Shown one piece after another: positions 27,226 to 41,330 of a stretch of 64,000 nucleotides of DNA. Positions within the stretch are counted from its first letter, which is position 1. Each line of letters starts with the position of its first letter. The DNA comes from Camelus dromedarius. Lineage: Eukaryota. A model generated the notes under the pieces. The model was not told the origin of the DNA and searched no databases. It was given only the letters and a program-made list of their open reading frames with translations. The position numbers were made by a program, and so were the translations under genes. The DNA lies in the NCBI RefSeq assembly GCF_036321535.1, contig NC_087437.1, positions 97,714,001 to 97,778,000 on the forward strand. Reading direction: 5' to 3'.

Positions 27226-28630
27226 CTACAAAACAAAAATATAGGCTGCAATTCATGTTATTTTTAAACTTTTGTTTTGCTGCAGATATGCATGTAAATT
27301 TATATTTATATAATATAGGCACACATTATATCTGCAAATAATATTGACAGGCACTCATTTAGCACATAAGTAATATATTTTACCTCTTGTTAATTTTTAC
27401 CTAGCCTTGAAAATGAGGAATGAAAAAGCCTCCCATACAGTCATGTGTATGGTGAAGTGCTGGTCAAATAAATAGTAAATACCAGCTGGTCTACAAGCCA
27501 AAAAAATATCAGAATTTAGGTCAATTAAACATTTTTTCCTTATCAATAGCACATCTAAGGTAAATATGATAAACCAAATCTTCAGCAAGGAAACAAGGAC
27601 TACTACAAAAGCATATGAAAAACCCTCAAAAGTCAACAGTTTAAAAAATCCAATTGGAAAATGAGTAAAAGACACAAACACCCATTTCACCAGAGAGGAT
27701 ATACAGAAAAGCAATGCAATATCATAAGCCGTTAGGTCAACAAAAATTAAAACCTCAGTAAAGCATCACAATAAATTTAATTCAATAAAAAATTTAATTT
27801 TAAAAATGGATGGGTCCATTTCTAAATGACAGGACATTTATATGCATATATAAGTATATATGCATATACATGTATATACATGACAGGGACATTGTGCTGT
27901 ACACCAGAAATTGACACATTGTAACTGATTATACTTCAATTTAAAAAATGTTTAAAAAATATCTCAAAACTGAAGCAACTCTGATTGTAAAACATTAACA
28001 ATAAATGACCTAAAATATTTTAAAATATAAGAATCTATTTTAAATATTTATTCCCCAGTAACTAAGATCAATGGCAGTGACTGGAAACTTATTTCACAAT
28101 ATTCCTCATTTATAGGATTTACTTTTATTTATAAACCTCTTCAAGGTTTCCATCTCTAAACAGAATAATTTTACTTTTTTAATAGCTCCTCATAAATCTA
28201 TTAAAACATTTCTAAGATATTCTCTCCTGTTCTTCAAATTTTCTCCTCTTGTCTAAATACATTAGGAATATTATATACTTGCACATTTTTGTATTTATAC
28301 AATTTAGTTTCAGCTCTGAAAGCATAGTAATAATATAGATAGATGTCTTAAACTCTGTATCCTTTCATGCTGACACAACTCTAAATGTGGGAAAGATAAT
28401 CATGCAAATTGGGCGGGGGACCAAAGACCTTGTTTGTGTTTTTGGAAAAATATTACCCAAAGCATACGCTTATTTTATTTAAAAATCAAGTTCTTATTTG
28501 AATTTATACAACTGGCTGTAACAAACTTTAAAGTTCCTTGAAAGTGCAAGATGAAATTTGGATTTTGGATAAAAATATAAATTAGTATATAAAACTAATC
28601 ATTGGTTATTTGTTCAAAATGTTAACTTAC

Positions 28631-28735
28631 TACAGAAAGGATTTGTGTCAGTAGTATCCAAAAACACAGTCGTCCTGAGAGATCTGTTTTCTATTCTTTC
28701 TTTTAAATCATCTTTCCATAGCTCAGTTTGATAAC
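28631..28735 (-). CDS. LIPI: LIPI coding exon 7
   Basis: cttag|GYQTELWKDDLKERIENRSLRTTVFLDTTDTNPFC A|gtaagt, 105 nt, phases consistent with neighbours. Confidence 0.94.
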
Positions 28736-30390
28736 CTAAGATTTGAGAAATAGAACATTAGTAGTTGGACTTCAAATAGCATACAGAAATATAAAATCAC
28801 TAAAAGAACTAAAGGATCAGTGTATTATAATAATTTTAATTTGTGGATTTTTTAACTGAAAAATCATTTTCAAATAATTTCAAATTTGATGTATTTTAAT
28901 TACAACTTGTAAAGTCAAGATTTACAAATAAATCTATTCCATGGAAATCTTATCAGAACTTACTTAGCATACTCCATATTGTTAAAGTCCATTTGTAGAA
29001 GGTTTTACTATTATATTATAAATTCAGAATTTTACTTGAGATTATTTTTTGATAAATGCAGGAGAATAAATTGATTGGATAAAATTTGAGCATAAAATTT
29101 AGCTCCATGAGCACAACACCCAATTCTCCTATATATACATTCATACAGATACAATATGTATATGTGTATATTATAGATACAATATAATAGTAGAGATAGC
29201 ATCCATATACATTATATAGTGTGTGTATAATATATATATATTTCAGATACAAACATTATTTGTACATATAGAATTTGTATTATACAAACAGTTATTTTTA
29301 AGATGCTTCCTACTTCATATGTGTGTCTATTTCCACATTGCTACCTCCAAATTCGAGAACTGAATGTAGAGAAAGAATACTGCATTGGAAATTCAGAAGT
29401 TCTCACTTGTGCCCTTAAGCAATCCATATGTTCACACTGGGTCACAATTTTCTCTTTTATAAAAAAGCAACAGGACCAAAAAAAAAAATCCCCAGCATGA
29501 GGTCTGAAGAAAACTAATCCCCATTAGGTATTTTGTGGACAGAAGGGGTCTATGAGGAAATAAGTCTGGCAAAGCCTGCATACTGCCTACCTCTCCTTGC
29601 AATTCTCTATGTATGTTCCTATAAACCTCCTGTGAAAGAAAACTGCGGGAGGCTATTTAACACAGACTTTGTAATTGCTACCCATTTCATGGAGGCTCTT
29701 TGGTTTTGGAAACATTTCTGGCAGAGCCTGTCATGATGCTGATCAGATGTTTACATGCTCATGACATGCTTGGGGTCTGGTATTGTCTCTGGCAAACCCT
29801 GAATAAACAGCCTCTGAAATTCATTCCAACTCTAACATTCTAGTTTTATGTGGGTTCTTTTTTCTCTATAATTTCCCACCGGCAGGCTTTAGTTGTCAAA
29901 AGTTGCAATACTTAACTGCTCTTACCAAGTTTATTGATTTAGAAGGTGTGAACCACCTATGATTCATGTCTACTTACTAATAGCAAATGAAAAACTAACC
30001 ATGGTCTACACCTCTTCACTTGCTCCTAAAACCTCCTATAAAACAAAAAAAACCTCAGTACCACTAAGAATGCACAAGTCTCTTTCTTTAGCGGAAATAT
30101 AGATGGATGACAAATAGTGAGATCCTTTTTTTATTTCCAGAGCAAGGATCATCATGAGACCACCAAATGTGCCCAGCACGCTGAACACAGAAAGGCAGCT
30201 GATCAAGTTACTCTCACTAAGTATCTGAAAAATATTTAGTAGGAAATGATTTTCTCTGTTCCATAGAAAAAATTCCATAAAATATTAATATATTCACAAG
30301 AAAATATGAAAGCTCCCAGCAGAAAATACTAACACACTTATTTTATTCATTTTCCATAAAGAATTTAGTAATTATAACAATCTCTCTTAC

Positions 30391-30558
30391 CTAGTTTAGG
30401 ACATGATTTTTCCTTAAAGTTGTCACAATCCACGCACAAACCAGTCTTGTAATGTTTGTATGAATAACAAGGAAATGAAATAAAATTGCAGCCTGTTTCC
30501 AAAGCTGCCATGAACAAGTAAACTGCTCTCTGGTGGTCACATTTAATAAATTCAAGTC
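30391..30558 (-). CDS. LIPI: LIPI coding exon 6 with catalytic His (KCDHQRAV)
   Basis: cttaag|GLEFIKCDHQRAVYLFMAALETGCNFISFPCYSYKHYKTGLCVDCDNFKEKSCPKL G|gtaag, 168 nt. His253. Confidence 0.96.
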   Translation of the reverse strand, partial: DLNLLNVTTREQFTCSWQLWKQAAILFHFLVIHTNITRLVCAWIVTTLRKNHVLN

Positions 30559-31500
30559 CTTAAGTGTTAAAAATCAAGCAATAGATGTATTAGGCCAACT
30601 TCAAGTAAATTAGAAAAAAATAAAAGATTAAATTTTACCTAAAGCTGTGCACTTTATGAATATCAAAGTGTTGACTATAATGCGGTTTTATCTCAGGCAA
30701 CTAAACAAATGGTACCACTGAAAACTTAAATATACTATGCCTTTTACGTGAGATGTATAAGAAATTTTTCTAAAGTAATCATTAACGCAGCAAAAATGTT
30801 TAATTTCAATATTCCAACAAATTTGACACACACAGTGCTACCATAGTTAATAACTACTGTACACATCTCTCCCTTCTAACCCCCACCCCTAACATTTCTA
30901 CTCAGTGTCAGAGATGACTATGAAACCAGGTGATATTAAAACTTTATTGTGTCTCTTTCCTTTCAGAATTTCTCATATACTTGTCCCTTGGACCAAACCT
31001 CTAGTTGCAGTGGCCTTTAATGATGTATTATTTGACTGGTTGACTGTAGACCTCAGAACATTTCTCGCTATGGGAAAGGGAGCCAAATTCCACGCCTGGG
31101 GCAGTTGCACAGCTGTTTATGTACAAAGTAACCAAGTGAAAGAGTTCATAAATCTGTGTTTGTACAATACTATGGTAATGGTAAAGATTAAATCCTGAAA
31201 CCAAACTTGTGCTGTATGGTATATGCTATATTGACTTATAACTTCTCCTAATGTTTAAAACAAACTAAAACTGTTGAAGCTATAATGTAATAAGTTTCAC
31301 CCATAACCAAATGGGATATCTACCAGTAACCTTTATGAACTAAGAAAGATCAAATTAAACCATTTTACACCAATAGCTCTCTTGAATCATGGGCAATGAT
31401 GATCAAAATCTTCTCCACAGGTTAAGAGGGGAAAAATAAATTGATTTGCTTTCATTATTTTGAATCATATGCAATTTATTCTAAAATGCTATTGTTATAC

Positions 31501-31590
31501 CTGAAAAAATGGATTTAGGACAGCCAGGTTGCCTTTTTCCTCCATTTGGAAAAAAATCTATATGTCCCAAGGGTTCTTTAATGCCTAAAC
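31501..31590 (-). CDS. LIPI: LIPI coding exon 5
   Basis: ttttcag|[31 protein letters not shown]|gtataa, 90 nt. DFxPNGG..QPGC lipase motif. Confidence 0.96.
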
Positions 31591-32336
31591 CTGAAAAGAA
31601 AAGCACCCAAGAATCACAAAGTAAATATAATCAGGTAAGCATCACTTACATAAAACAAAGTCTCCTATAAAATCAATTGAAGTGACTCTTAAAATTTGAA
31701 TTGAAAATAAATGCTTTTTTGAAAATATGAGTTCTTCTGGTATTGATTCCTCAAATTAACTCCTTATGCAAATCATGTTTTATTAATTTTACACCTTTAC
31801 CTGTGACCAGTGTATTATGGGCCCAGGACAGTTCTTTGTGCTGTGACTATGTAAGTGAAAAAGAAGAAAAATAGAGCAAAAGCCCTTATTGTAGTGGAAA
31901 TTACATTCTAGAGGAAGAAAGACATAATAAACAAGTAAAAATATAATATGTCAGATAGTAAGTGCTGTAGAGAAAAATTAAGTAGAATAAGGGACAGTGA
32001 ATGCCTAGGAAGGGCTCTAGGTTGCACTTTTAAATAGTTTGGCTGGGGAATTGCCCACTGAGGAGGGGAGAATTGGGTGAAGACAGGAGGGATGTGAGTG
32101 AGGCAGTGAGCCAAGCGGAAGGTTAGCTGGAGTGTAATGTGTGAGAAGGAGCATTGGAGAAAATGAAGGCAAGTCGTTTAGAACCCTTTAAGTAAATGTG
32201 TTGATTTGCTCTTATCCTGGATAAAAATGTGTAGGACTTGGTGCTAGATTAGAAAAATTGAAAGATGATGCTTCAGCTGAAACAAGTTGGACCAGAGTGA
32301 CATGAAACATGTAGCTGATTTAAGAGGTTCTATATA

Positions 32337-32511
32337 CATTCATCCATTGGTATCCCCTGGTATTGGTTCCAGGTCACCCCCCCAACACTCCCCCTACCAT
32401 GACATGGACACCAAAATCCGAGGATACTCAAGTCCCTTATATAAAATGGTACAGCATAGTCATCCCACTGTACCCATGAGTTCCGCAGCCACAGATACAG
32501 AGGGCCGACTG
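32337..32511 (+). mobile_element. Internally deleted MER2/Tigger-like MITE
   Basis: ttggttccagg...accaaaatccgaggatactcaagtcccttatataaaatgg...gatacagagggccgactg. Confidence 0.7.
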
Positions 32512-34571
32512 TTTCTGCAGAGCCTTGAGACCCTGGGGAAGGGGCAAATTCTGAGTGCATTATCACTATGAGGTCTATAACCCAGGGAAGCCATAGGAAT
32601 AAAAGGATAGCAGGATTAGAATACTCAGGACTGTGATTAGATATAAAATCTTGCTGCCAAGTAAAATTGCAGCCCTTTGGCTTGGGGTACAAAAAATTGC
32701 CTACAACATAATGAACTCTTGAGAGACATCAGCAATTGATTTACACAACAAAGATAAATACTTGCATCTGACAGTATGGGTTACAATGCAGCGACTCGAT
32801 TTATTCCTAGTATATATAAGAGCAAGACAACAGCTAGTGAGGTGTTAGCAGGGCATGAGAACTCTGGGCATGTGCATTAGAGGGGAGGGGATTCATCATA
32901 TACGGAAAGACAGGACAACTTAGATGACTTCATTAGAACTTTCTGGAATCCAGTGTGGCAAATATATGACTTAGTTGTGACAGTGGTGAGGGTATGCTAA
33001 CCAATTCCTCTTCACATTCCATCATCAATTTAGCTTGTAGAATTTTAGGAAGGAAGGACAGTCTCCTAAATATAATTTTTTAAAGTCCAATAATTTTGGA
33101 GATCTTTAAATTTCCTCATAGCTGAACTCAACATGGAGTTCGAAGCCTAGGAGGTTTAAGGTTTGGGGCCATCATTTTCTTCCATTTACCTCTGAAGTAT
33201 AATCAAACCAAGAAGACTGCTCAGGAATTAGGAAAACGCAAAAGATATTTATTAACTTACAAGCAGCCCTTGATTCAGGCATGTCATTTCCCTTTTATCA
33301 GATGGAAGGGGCAGGGCAGCTTGATCTGCTTAGGTCATTCATTCTCTTGGTTTCAGAAAGGGTGGGGAGAGCAGATACAGCTTTTTAATTTTCTTTTTAT
33401 TGTAAAATATAACACATACATGCAGAAAGAACATAAAACTAAAGATTAATTAATAATTCTAAAGCAAATAGCCACTTAGCTACCACACCCATGTCAAGAA
33501 ATAGCACCTGGAAACTCCTGCTGTGCCTAACCCAACCACCAGCTTCCTTCTTCCCTATAAAAATAAGAACTATCTTTTAATTTTTTGTTTTGTTTTGTTT
33601 TTTTGCTATTGTTTGTCTTTACATTCTAAGGATGCCTCCCAAAACAATATATTTTAGATTAGCCCATTTTGGAAATATATAGAAATTGACTCATATTTCA
33701 TGCATACCTTTGTATCTGACTTCTTTTGATTATTAGGATATTTGTGATATTAAACAACATGGTCAAGTGTAAATGTAGTCATTCATGTAATCATTCATTG
33801 TTATATGGTACTTCATTGAATGAAGGTACCACAACTTACTTATCGATTCTCCTGTTGGTGGACATATGTTGTTTCAAATTTGGGGTTAATATATATTAAT
33901 ACTGTGAACATTCTTAAAACACACACCTAGGAGTGGAATTGCTGTGTTGTAGAATATTAGTATTTTCAATTTTAATAAATAATGCTGAATAACTTGCCAA
34001 AGAGGTTGTACCAATCTACACCCCTACCAATGACATGAGTATTTCTGTTATTCTCCATCGTCTCCAATAAATAGTCTCACGAGGCTTTCTAATTTTAGTC
34101 ATTCTGGGAGGCATGAGGTATTTCACTGGAGTTTTAATTGACATGTTTCTGCTTGCAGAAGCTTTTGAGAACTTTTCATTGCCTGTGTGGAATTTCCTTT
34201 TTGTAAAATGTCTGTTCAAGTCTTGACTTTTTTTAATTAAATAGACATTTCCCTTTACTATTGATGTATAGTGGTTTCTTATCTCTTCTCCTATTTTGGC
34301 TTCTGTTAGCTTCCTTAAAATGTTCTTTAATGAAGTTTTCATTTTTAATATAATCAGATATTTTAATCTTTCAATTTGGGTTAGGGATTTTCATGCACAC
34401 TACAGAAAAATATTATGTTATAAAGACTTTAAAAATAAAAGCTCATAACATATTTATTGTTTCTCCTTTCACATTTATACACACCATAAGAAAAGAATTT
34501 TTGTGTTTTATGGGGGTTAAGACCTTTTTTATTTCAATTTGAGTTTTCAACTGACTAACATAGAACTATTT

Positions 34572-34858
34572 ATCAAAAATTCTACAAATAACAAATGTTG
34601 GAGAGGATGTGAAGAAAAGGGAACCCCTGTAACACTGTTGGTGGGAATGTAAATTTGTGCAGCCACTATGGAAAACAGTAAAGAGGTTCCTTAAAAAACT
34701 AAAAATAGAATTACCATATGATCCAGCAATTCCACTCCTGAGTATATATCTGGAAAAAATGAAAACACTAATTTGAAAAGATACGTGCACCCCAATATTC
34801 ACAGCAGCGCTATGTACAGTAGCCATGACACTGAAGCAACCCAAGTGCCAATAGATAC

Positions 34859-34911
<53 letters not shown>

Positions 34912-34928
34912 CACACACACTCTCTCTC

Positions 34929-34959
<31 letters not shown>

Positions 34960-35400
34960 TAATATATATGAAATATTGCTATTTGCAGCAACATGGATGG
35001 ACCTAGAGAATATTATGCTTAGGAAAATAAGTCAGAGAAAAACAAATACTACATGATATCACTTATATGTGGAATCTAAAAAAAGTAATGTAATTGAATG
35101 TATATACAAAACAGAAACAGACTCACAGACATAGAAAACAAACTTATGGTAACCAAAGGGGAGGAGATGGAGAGAGGAACAAATAAGGGGTATGGAAATA
35201 ATAGATACAAACTACTATACATAATATAGATAAGCAACAAAAGTTTACTGTATAGCACAGGGAATTATACCCAATATCTGACAATAACATATGATGTAAA
35301 TTTGTAAAAAAAAAAGGAAAACTGAAACACTATGCAGTACACTTGAAACTAATACAATATTGTAAATCAATTGTTATTCAATAGAAAATAAGAAACCCAG
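34572..35400 (+). mobile_element. Younger L1 3' fragment nested in the old L1, containing a (GATA)n/(CA)(TC)(TA)(CA) microsatellite
   Basis: acaaataacaaatgttggagaggatgtgaagaaaagggaaccc...ctgtatagcacagggaatta...cacttgaaactaatacaatattgtaaatcaa. Confidence 0.85.
34852..34958. repeat. (GATA)n plus compound dinucleotide microsatellite
   Basis: Directly visible. Confidence 0.9.
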
Positions 35401-38112
35401 AAAAAAATTAGAATCATTTTCACACTGTCCAACAATTCCAAAATCATCATAATTCTAGTACATTTCATGACTCTGTATTTTGTTTCACTGGCTTTTTTTG
35501 TCTACCCTTACACTAATGTGACACTGTCTTCATTACTACTCTTTTAATAGGCTTGATATCTGGAAGAACATGTCTTTGCACTTTTTTCTTCTTCAAGAAT
35601 ACTTTGACAATACTTGGCCCTTTGCATGTCCATATTAATTTTATAATTAGTTTGTGAGCTTCTTTTAAAAAGATTGGCTTTTGACAAAGATTGCATTGAA
35701 TCAGTAAGTCAACTTGGAAAGAACTGACCTGTACAGTACTTGGATTCACATATATGGTTTATTTCCATTTTATTTTGGTCTGCTCTAATTATATCCTGCA
35801 GTTTTTTGTGATTTTCTGCATAAAGCTCTTGCACAATTTTGCTAAGAGTTATTTCTAGGTATATTATACTTTATGTTATTAAAATGGTATAATTCTAGAA
35901 TTTTATTTGCTCTTACTGCAGGTTTTTAGAAAGAATTGAATTTTGCATATGCAACATATCCAGCAATCTTCCTGAAATTTCCTGTGAATTCTAGTCAATT
36001 ATCTGGAAATTCTTTGGGGTTATCAATGTATGCAAACATATCACCTGAAAATGATATTTTATATGCTTCTACCCTTTAATACTTTTCTTCCCTTACTGCA
36101 TTAAGACATTCAGTAAAATGTTGCCTTAGAATGACAAGGATAAACATTCTTATCCAGTTCCCAATGTCAGAAAGAAAGTCTTCCAAATTCCATCACTGAA
36201 GTAACATTTTCTATTGATTTTTGAATAGAAATATTTTATCAGATTGTGGAATTTTCTTTCTGTTTCCAATGTACCAAAGTTTTTGCCATATATACATTTT
36301 CCCAAAAGCTTTTTCTGCATTTGATTGAAATTAAGTGAATTGTCTTCCTTATTTTTTTGCTAAAATGAATTAAGAAACTGATTTTGAATGTTAAATTAAA
36401 TATACATTTTAATAATAATTCCAAATTGGGTGTTTCATTGTCCATTTTATGTTGAATTGGTTTTACTAATACGACATTTCATGCAGAATTTTTGCTTCCA
36501 TGATTATAACAGAGAATGTCTAGCAAACTGTCTTTTCTGCAATGTCTTTCTCAACTTTTGACATTAAGTTTATGATGGCTTTCTAAAAAAGTTGTAAACA
36601 ATTTCCTTTTGCTTGTTTTTTTTAATTCTCTGAAAGTGTTCATGTGAGAATTGTCTTATCACTTAATTATTTGGTAGAGAACAAGAATTTACTTTGTGGA
36701 AGGCTTTAAAGTACAGTTTCTATTTCATCAATAATTACAAAACTATTCAAATTTTCTCTTTTCATTTGTCAGTTTTGTAAATACTTTTGCTTTTTCACTA
36801 GAATTTTTCTATTTCATATACTATATGTTTTCATACTTTCATAATGTTGTTCATTATATTGTTTTATGATTATTTTAATACCTGTATTATCTGTAACACT
36901 ATCTCCTTTATTATTATTGGTATTAGTTACGTTTTCTCTCCTTGTTCTTTCTGTATTTCCTCTCCAAGGGTTTATTAATCTGGATGGTGAAATACAACGT
37001 TCAATCATTCCATGTTCCTTTCACTTTTTTCAAAGGAAGGTAAATGACATATACATTTTAAATGATTAATTAAGGTGTTTTTAAAGTGCAAATATTTCTC
37101 TTTTTTAATCACTTCTAATTCATATTTTATTCCATTATTTTTGTATGATTATTAATAGCTTCTTTCTCAATAGCTATGGGTGTATTTTACCTTTAATTCT
37201 TAATATCTCAAGATAACATGCTTAGATTACTGATTTTCAGCCTTTTAAACATCTGTATTAAAAACAGGACATTTACTTCTCGTCATGGGTTTTGCTGACT
37301 CCAACAAATTTTAATATGTAGTAACTTTAATACTGTTGAACTTAAAATATTTTATATTTTCATTATTATTTATTCTTTCCTTATTAGTTATCTAATTAAG
37401 TTCTCTAAAATATCCATGTGTGCTTTAGAAGAATGTAAATTCTCCAGTTTTGGGGTATAATGTTTTATAAATGTCTATTAGATCAATTTTGCTAATTCAA
37501 ATCTGCTACTATGATTGTGCAGTTCCTACTTTTTCTGTAATACGATAATGTTAATTTTGCTTTATGTAATTTGAAGGCATGTCACTAGATATAAAGGTGC
37601 CAACCATGTGGCATCTAGTAGCAAGTTAGATCTAATAGACTGAGTCATCAAAAGATATTAAGAGTATAAGACAATCCAAAACAGTTTATTAGGAAAAGTC
37701 AAAAATGCAAACAAAAATAATAAAAAGTGTGAAGAGCTAATTCAAAAGTCTATGGCAGAATTTCAGAAAAAAGAGTTCAAAGAACTGCAGAGTAATTGGG
37801 CAGTAGGTGTGCTGCGTGTGGGAATGTTAAGCTGATATAAATGTCTAGACATAAAGAAGACTTGAAAGTTTGAGGTCATATCAGAACTATGAAATTTTAG
37901 GCATCGACTCTCTATAAGGTGTAGGTGAATTTAGATTTCAGAAAAAGAGCACTAACTCCAAGAAATGTTGCTTGTGGGAAAGACAACCATATAATTTACA
38001 GGCTTATCATCACTTCATCCGCTACTCTTTTCTCTTGCATTCTCCTCTTCCCAAGCATCTACATCTCCTTTTCCATTTTCAAATAGTTAAGCAATAAATC
38101 CTGCATTGTTAC

Positions 38113-38214
38113 CATTGGTATCAGTATGGATGACATCCACAAAATTTGCATCAGTGTAATCTAATCTGCCATTTGATGGTTTTCCAGAGAATTGTGGCCC
38201 AGCTGGGTCAAGAC
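38113..38214 (-). CDS. LIPI: LIPI coding exon 4 with catalytic Asp (GLDPAGP)
   Basis: tttcag|[35 protein letters not shown]|gtaac, 102 nt. Asp183. Confidence 0.97.
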
Positions 38215-39059
38215 CTGAAATTCAAGAAAGAAACTATTAATCTATTGATCAAGTCATACTGCAATGTTCATGAGATCATATGCCTGCATTATCATCACAT
38301 TATAAACGTAACAAGCCTAGACAGTTTTAGCGTAAAGCCTTCGAAAAACAAATCTAAAGATAAATGAAATTAGATGAATAGCAAGTGCCTTCTTTATTTG
38401 AATATTTTTAACCAATCTTCAGAGTTTATTAACAGTATAGTGTTAGATACCACAACAAAATATTATGGAGTTTTTTTTACATTTTTATTTTAAAAGTAAT
38501 TAGGAATATATTGATAGTAACTTTATATTTAATAAAAAATAACAACTACTACTCCTGAGTGGGAAAAATAATAAATACCATCCTGGTTCTGTCTTGAACC
38601 TTATGAAGTACTAGCTTATCCTGAATCTACCTACAGGTCTAAAATGATTTTAAGTGTCAAATGCAATTTGCGCTGTGGGACAAAACATAGTTATTATTAT
38701 CTTATTTATTTCTCACAAAAATTTTCCACACACACACATCAGAAAGGAAAAATATGTTAAAAGTTTCACAGAATACAGATAGTATTTCTACTGTATTTGA
38801 AATTCTAAATACAAATTCTAGATTCATGACCTATTGGAGAGTGTCAAAAAGGTGAGGAGATAAAATGCAATGCCTTGAGAACATCTATGCAATAGGAAAA
38901 CAATCATCTTAAAAGATATTTTAAAAAGTAAAATATAATATTGCTCATGTCAGGCCCTTCTGTTATCCCTACTTTATTTGGCCCACTTGACTGACTGAGG
39001 CAGAAACTTCTCTTTTCTCTATAAATTGCTCTGATGTGGAACCACCACATTTGCTAGCC

Positions 39060-39549
39060 TTTTATTTTATTTTTTTTAATTGAAGTATATTCAATTTACA
39101 ATGTTGTGTTAGTTTCTGGTGTACAGCACAGCAAAGTGATTCAGCTATTTGTATAATATATGACAATAACAGCCAGTAGTAACACCTAAGCCAGGATTTA
39201 TACAAGGTCTCCAGCATCCAAGCCCATTCTCTTTCAACAACCATAACTAGTTCAGTTGGAACTCCTGGTAATCCTACCTTATTTTAAGGTGTACTTACTC
39301 CATATTACTCTAGTGTGAGTATGTCCACATGCCAAGCAGTCATCAGGGTTTAAAAAGCCAGAGAAGGGGGTGGGAGGGGATACATTGGGAGTTCGGGATT
39401 TGCAGACACTAACTACTACATATAAAATAGATAAACAACAAGGTCCTACTGTACACTATATTCACAGGGAACTATATTCAATAGCTTGTAATAAACTATA
39501 TGAAAAAGAGTTTGAAATGGAATATATATATATATATGTATATATATAA
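39060..39549. mobile_element. Two oppositely oriented pieces of an L1 3' end (39060-39148 minus; 39362-39549 plus)
   Basis: The pieces are consecutive parts of the same L1 3' UTR (see findings). Confidence 0.7.
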
Positions 39550-39725
39550 GTTCAGTTAAGAACTAAATAAGACTTTAGAGTCTGACTAAAACAAAGACCA
39601 GCATTTGAATTTAATATAGAAAAAAAATTTGTGCATCATTTCCATTCCTAAAATATTATTCCTGTTAAATTTTAAATAAAATAACTTCTGATGCTTAAAA
39701 TATTAATGTGTCAAAAATATTTTAC

Positions 39726-39834
39726 CTGTTATTCTTCCAATTTGACCTTGAAATGTCTTTCCAACAAATCCACTAATATGAGCCCCTAAGCTCACACCTA
39801 TGAAGTGAAAACTATCAAGAGTAGCTCCATGCTT
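39726..39834 (-). CDS. LIPI: LIPI coding exon 3 with catalytic Ser motif GVSLG
   Basis: ttacag|[37 protein letters not shown]|gtaaa, 109 nt. GxSxG nucleophile elbow, Ser159. Confidence 0.97.
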
Positions 39835-41099
39835 CTGTAATTCAAAATGCAGTGTTACAATTTTCATTTCAGAAAATCACAAATTATGCCTTGTTGCATC
39901 AATATTCTAAAATTCATTATTTTTTCTGTTTTAATCCACTCCTGAGAGACAAGGAATGGAATTTTATAATTTTAAAACAACTATATCTTTATTCAACATT
40001 TTCCATAAAATATCTGTTTTTTCTCTACACATTTTAATAGTATTAAATTTTTATTTAAAAATCATTTAAAAAAACTTCATTTTTATCTAGAATAGCATAT
40101 GCAAAATAACACAATTAATAAAGCATTTTATAATAATAACAATAATTAAACATTTTGGGGTACTTTGTGCTAGCTACATTGATAAGTGCTTTATAAATCT
40201 CATATGTAATATTCTTAATAGTCCTATGAGTTATTTATTGTTATCCTATTGCCAAAAACTTTCTCTGATACCCATTAAATGCTGAATAAATATGGTTTGA
40301 TAATGAGTTTCGAAAGCCCCATATACTTATTACTATAAGGGGAAAAGATGGACTTAAAGTCCAGGTCTATTTAACTTCAAAGTATATATTAATCTACCTC
40401 TCTGTTTTATCTGTAGACTGTGTCAAAGACTTTAGGGAGACTGAACAGTGTGAATAGTCAGCCTCACTTCAGAGATGATAATATAAGACTCGGGAATTTT
40501 AAGTGATTTCCCCAGATCATAAACTGGAGAGTCATGGAACCTGATCTTCCAAGCCCAACTTTTGAACACCTCTTAGAGTCTCAGCCCAGGGTTAGGGGGT
40601 GGGGGGCATCAGGAGCTTAAATGAAGGAGAATCTGTTCTACCACACTTTCAGGAAGCAGCTCCAGCCTACACAGTGAAATTTCTGATGGCTTATGGTAAA
40701 ATGTGGAGCATTTACTCTAATGAGAAACTAGATCCTGGTTTTCCAGGCACAGAGTGATAATTTTCTTCAAATTTCTAAGACCAACGCCCAGAAGCCTGAG
40801 GGAGTATTGCTCTCAACTTTAATACTACTGGTCTTTTTATCCCTTCTCCCTAATATGAAGCCTTTGCAAGCAAAATCAAAGTTAGAAATTTATCTCATAC
40901 TACAAATTTTCCTAAATCTCTCTATTTAACATTCACATTTTCCACACTTTGAGTTACATATTTATGAGTTAGAGAAAAGACCACTACTAAAAGGAAAAAT
41001 CAATTATGTAATTTAAAGACTATCAGAACAGGTGAATCAAATACTTCCTGTCTCTCCAGAGGGATGCTTGGGGTTTGTCCAAATTTGGAGATGTAAAAA

Positions 41100-41330
41100 T
41101 AATGATACCTGATTATATTCAATGGTTATTATATGCCAAATACTGATGAAGAATTAATTTCATTTAATACTTAGCTAAGATATCGATATAAAGTTTTGTT
41201 ATCGCATAGGATAACAAAAGGAAAGACAAGGAAATGAGGCAGAAAGGTTAAGCAATTGCTCCAAGTCACACAGATAAGGGATAGATTTGGTCTTTGAACC
41301 CTTCCATTCTGACTCCTAACCACAGCATGC
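41100..41330 (-). mobile_element. MIR SINE
   Basis: ggaaatgaggcagaaaggttaagcaattgctccaagtcacacag. Confidence 0.65.

Larger units (their letters stand above)
33380..37600 (-). mobile_element. Old L1M body, degraded, in LIPI intron 4
   Basis: T-rich antisense L1 motifs: cacacctaggagtggaattgctg, ggttgtaccaatctacac, gattgcattgaatc. Confidence 0.75.

Noticed and set aside
34566..34994. 142-aa minus-strand ORF
   Set aside because: Antisense to an L1 fragment; the IYLS repeats come from the (GATA)n microsatellite.
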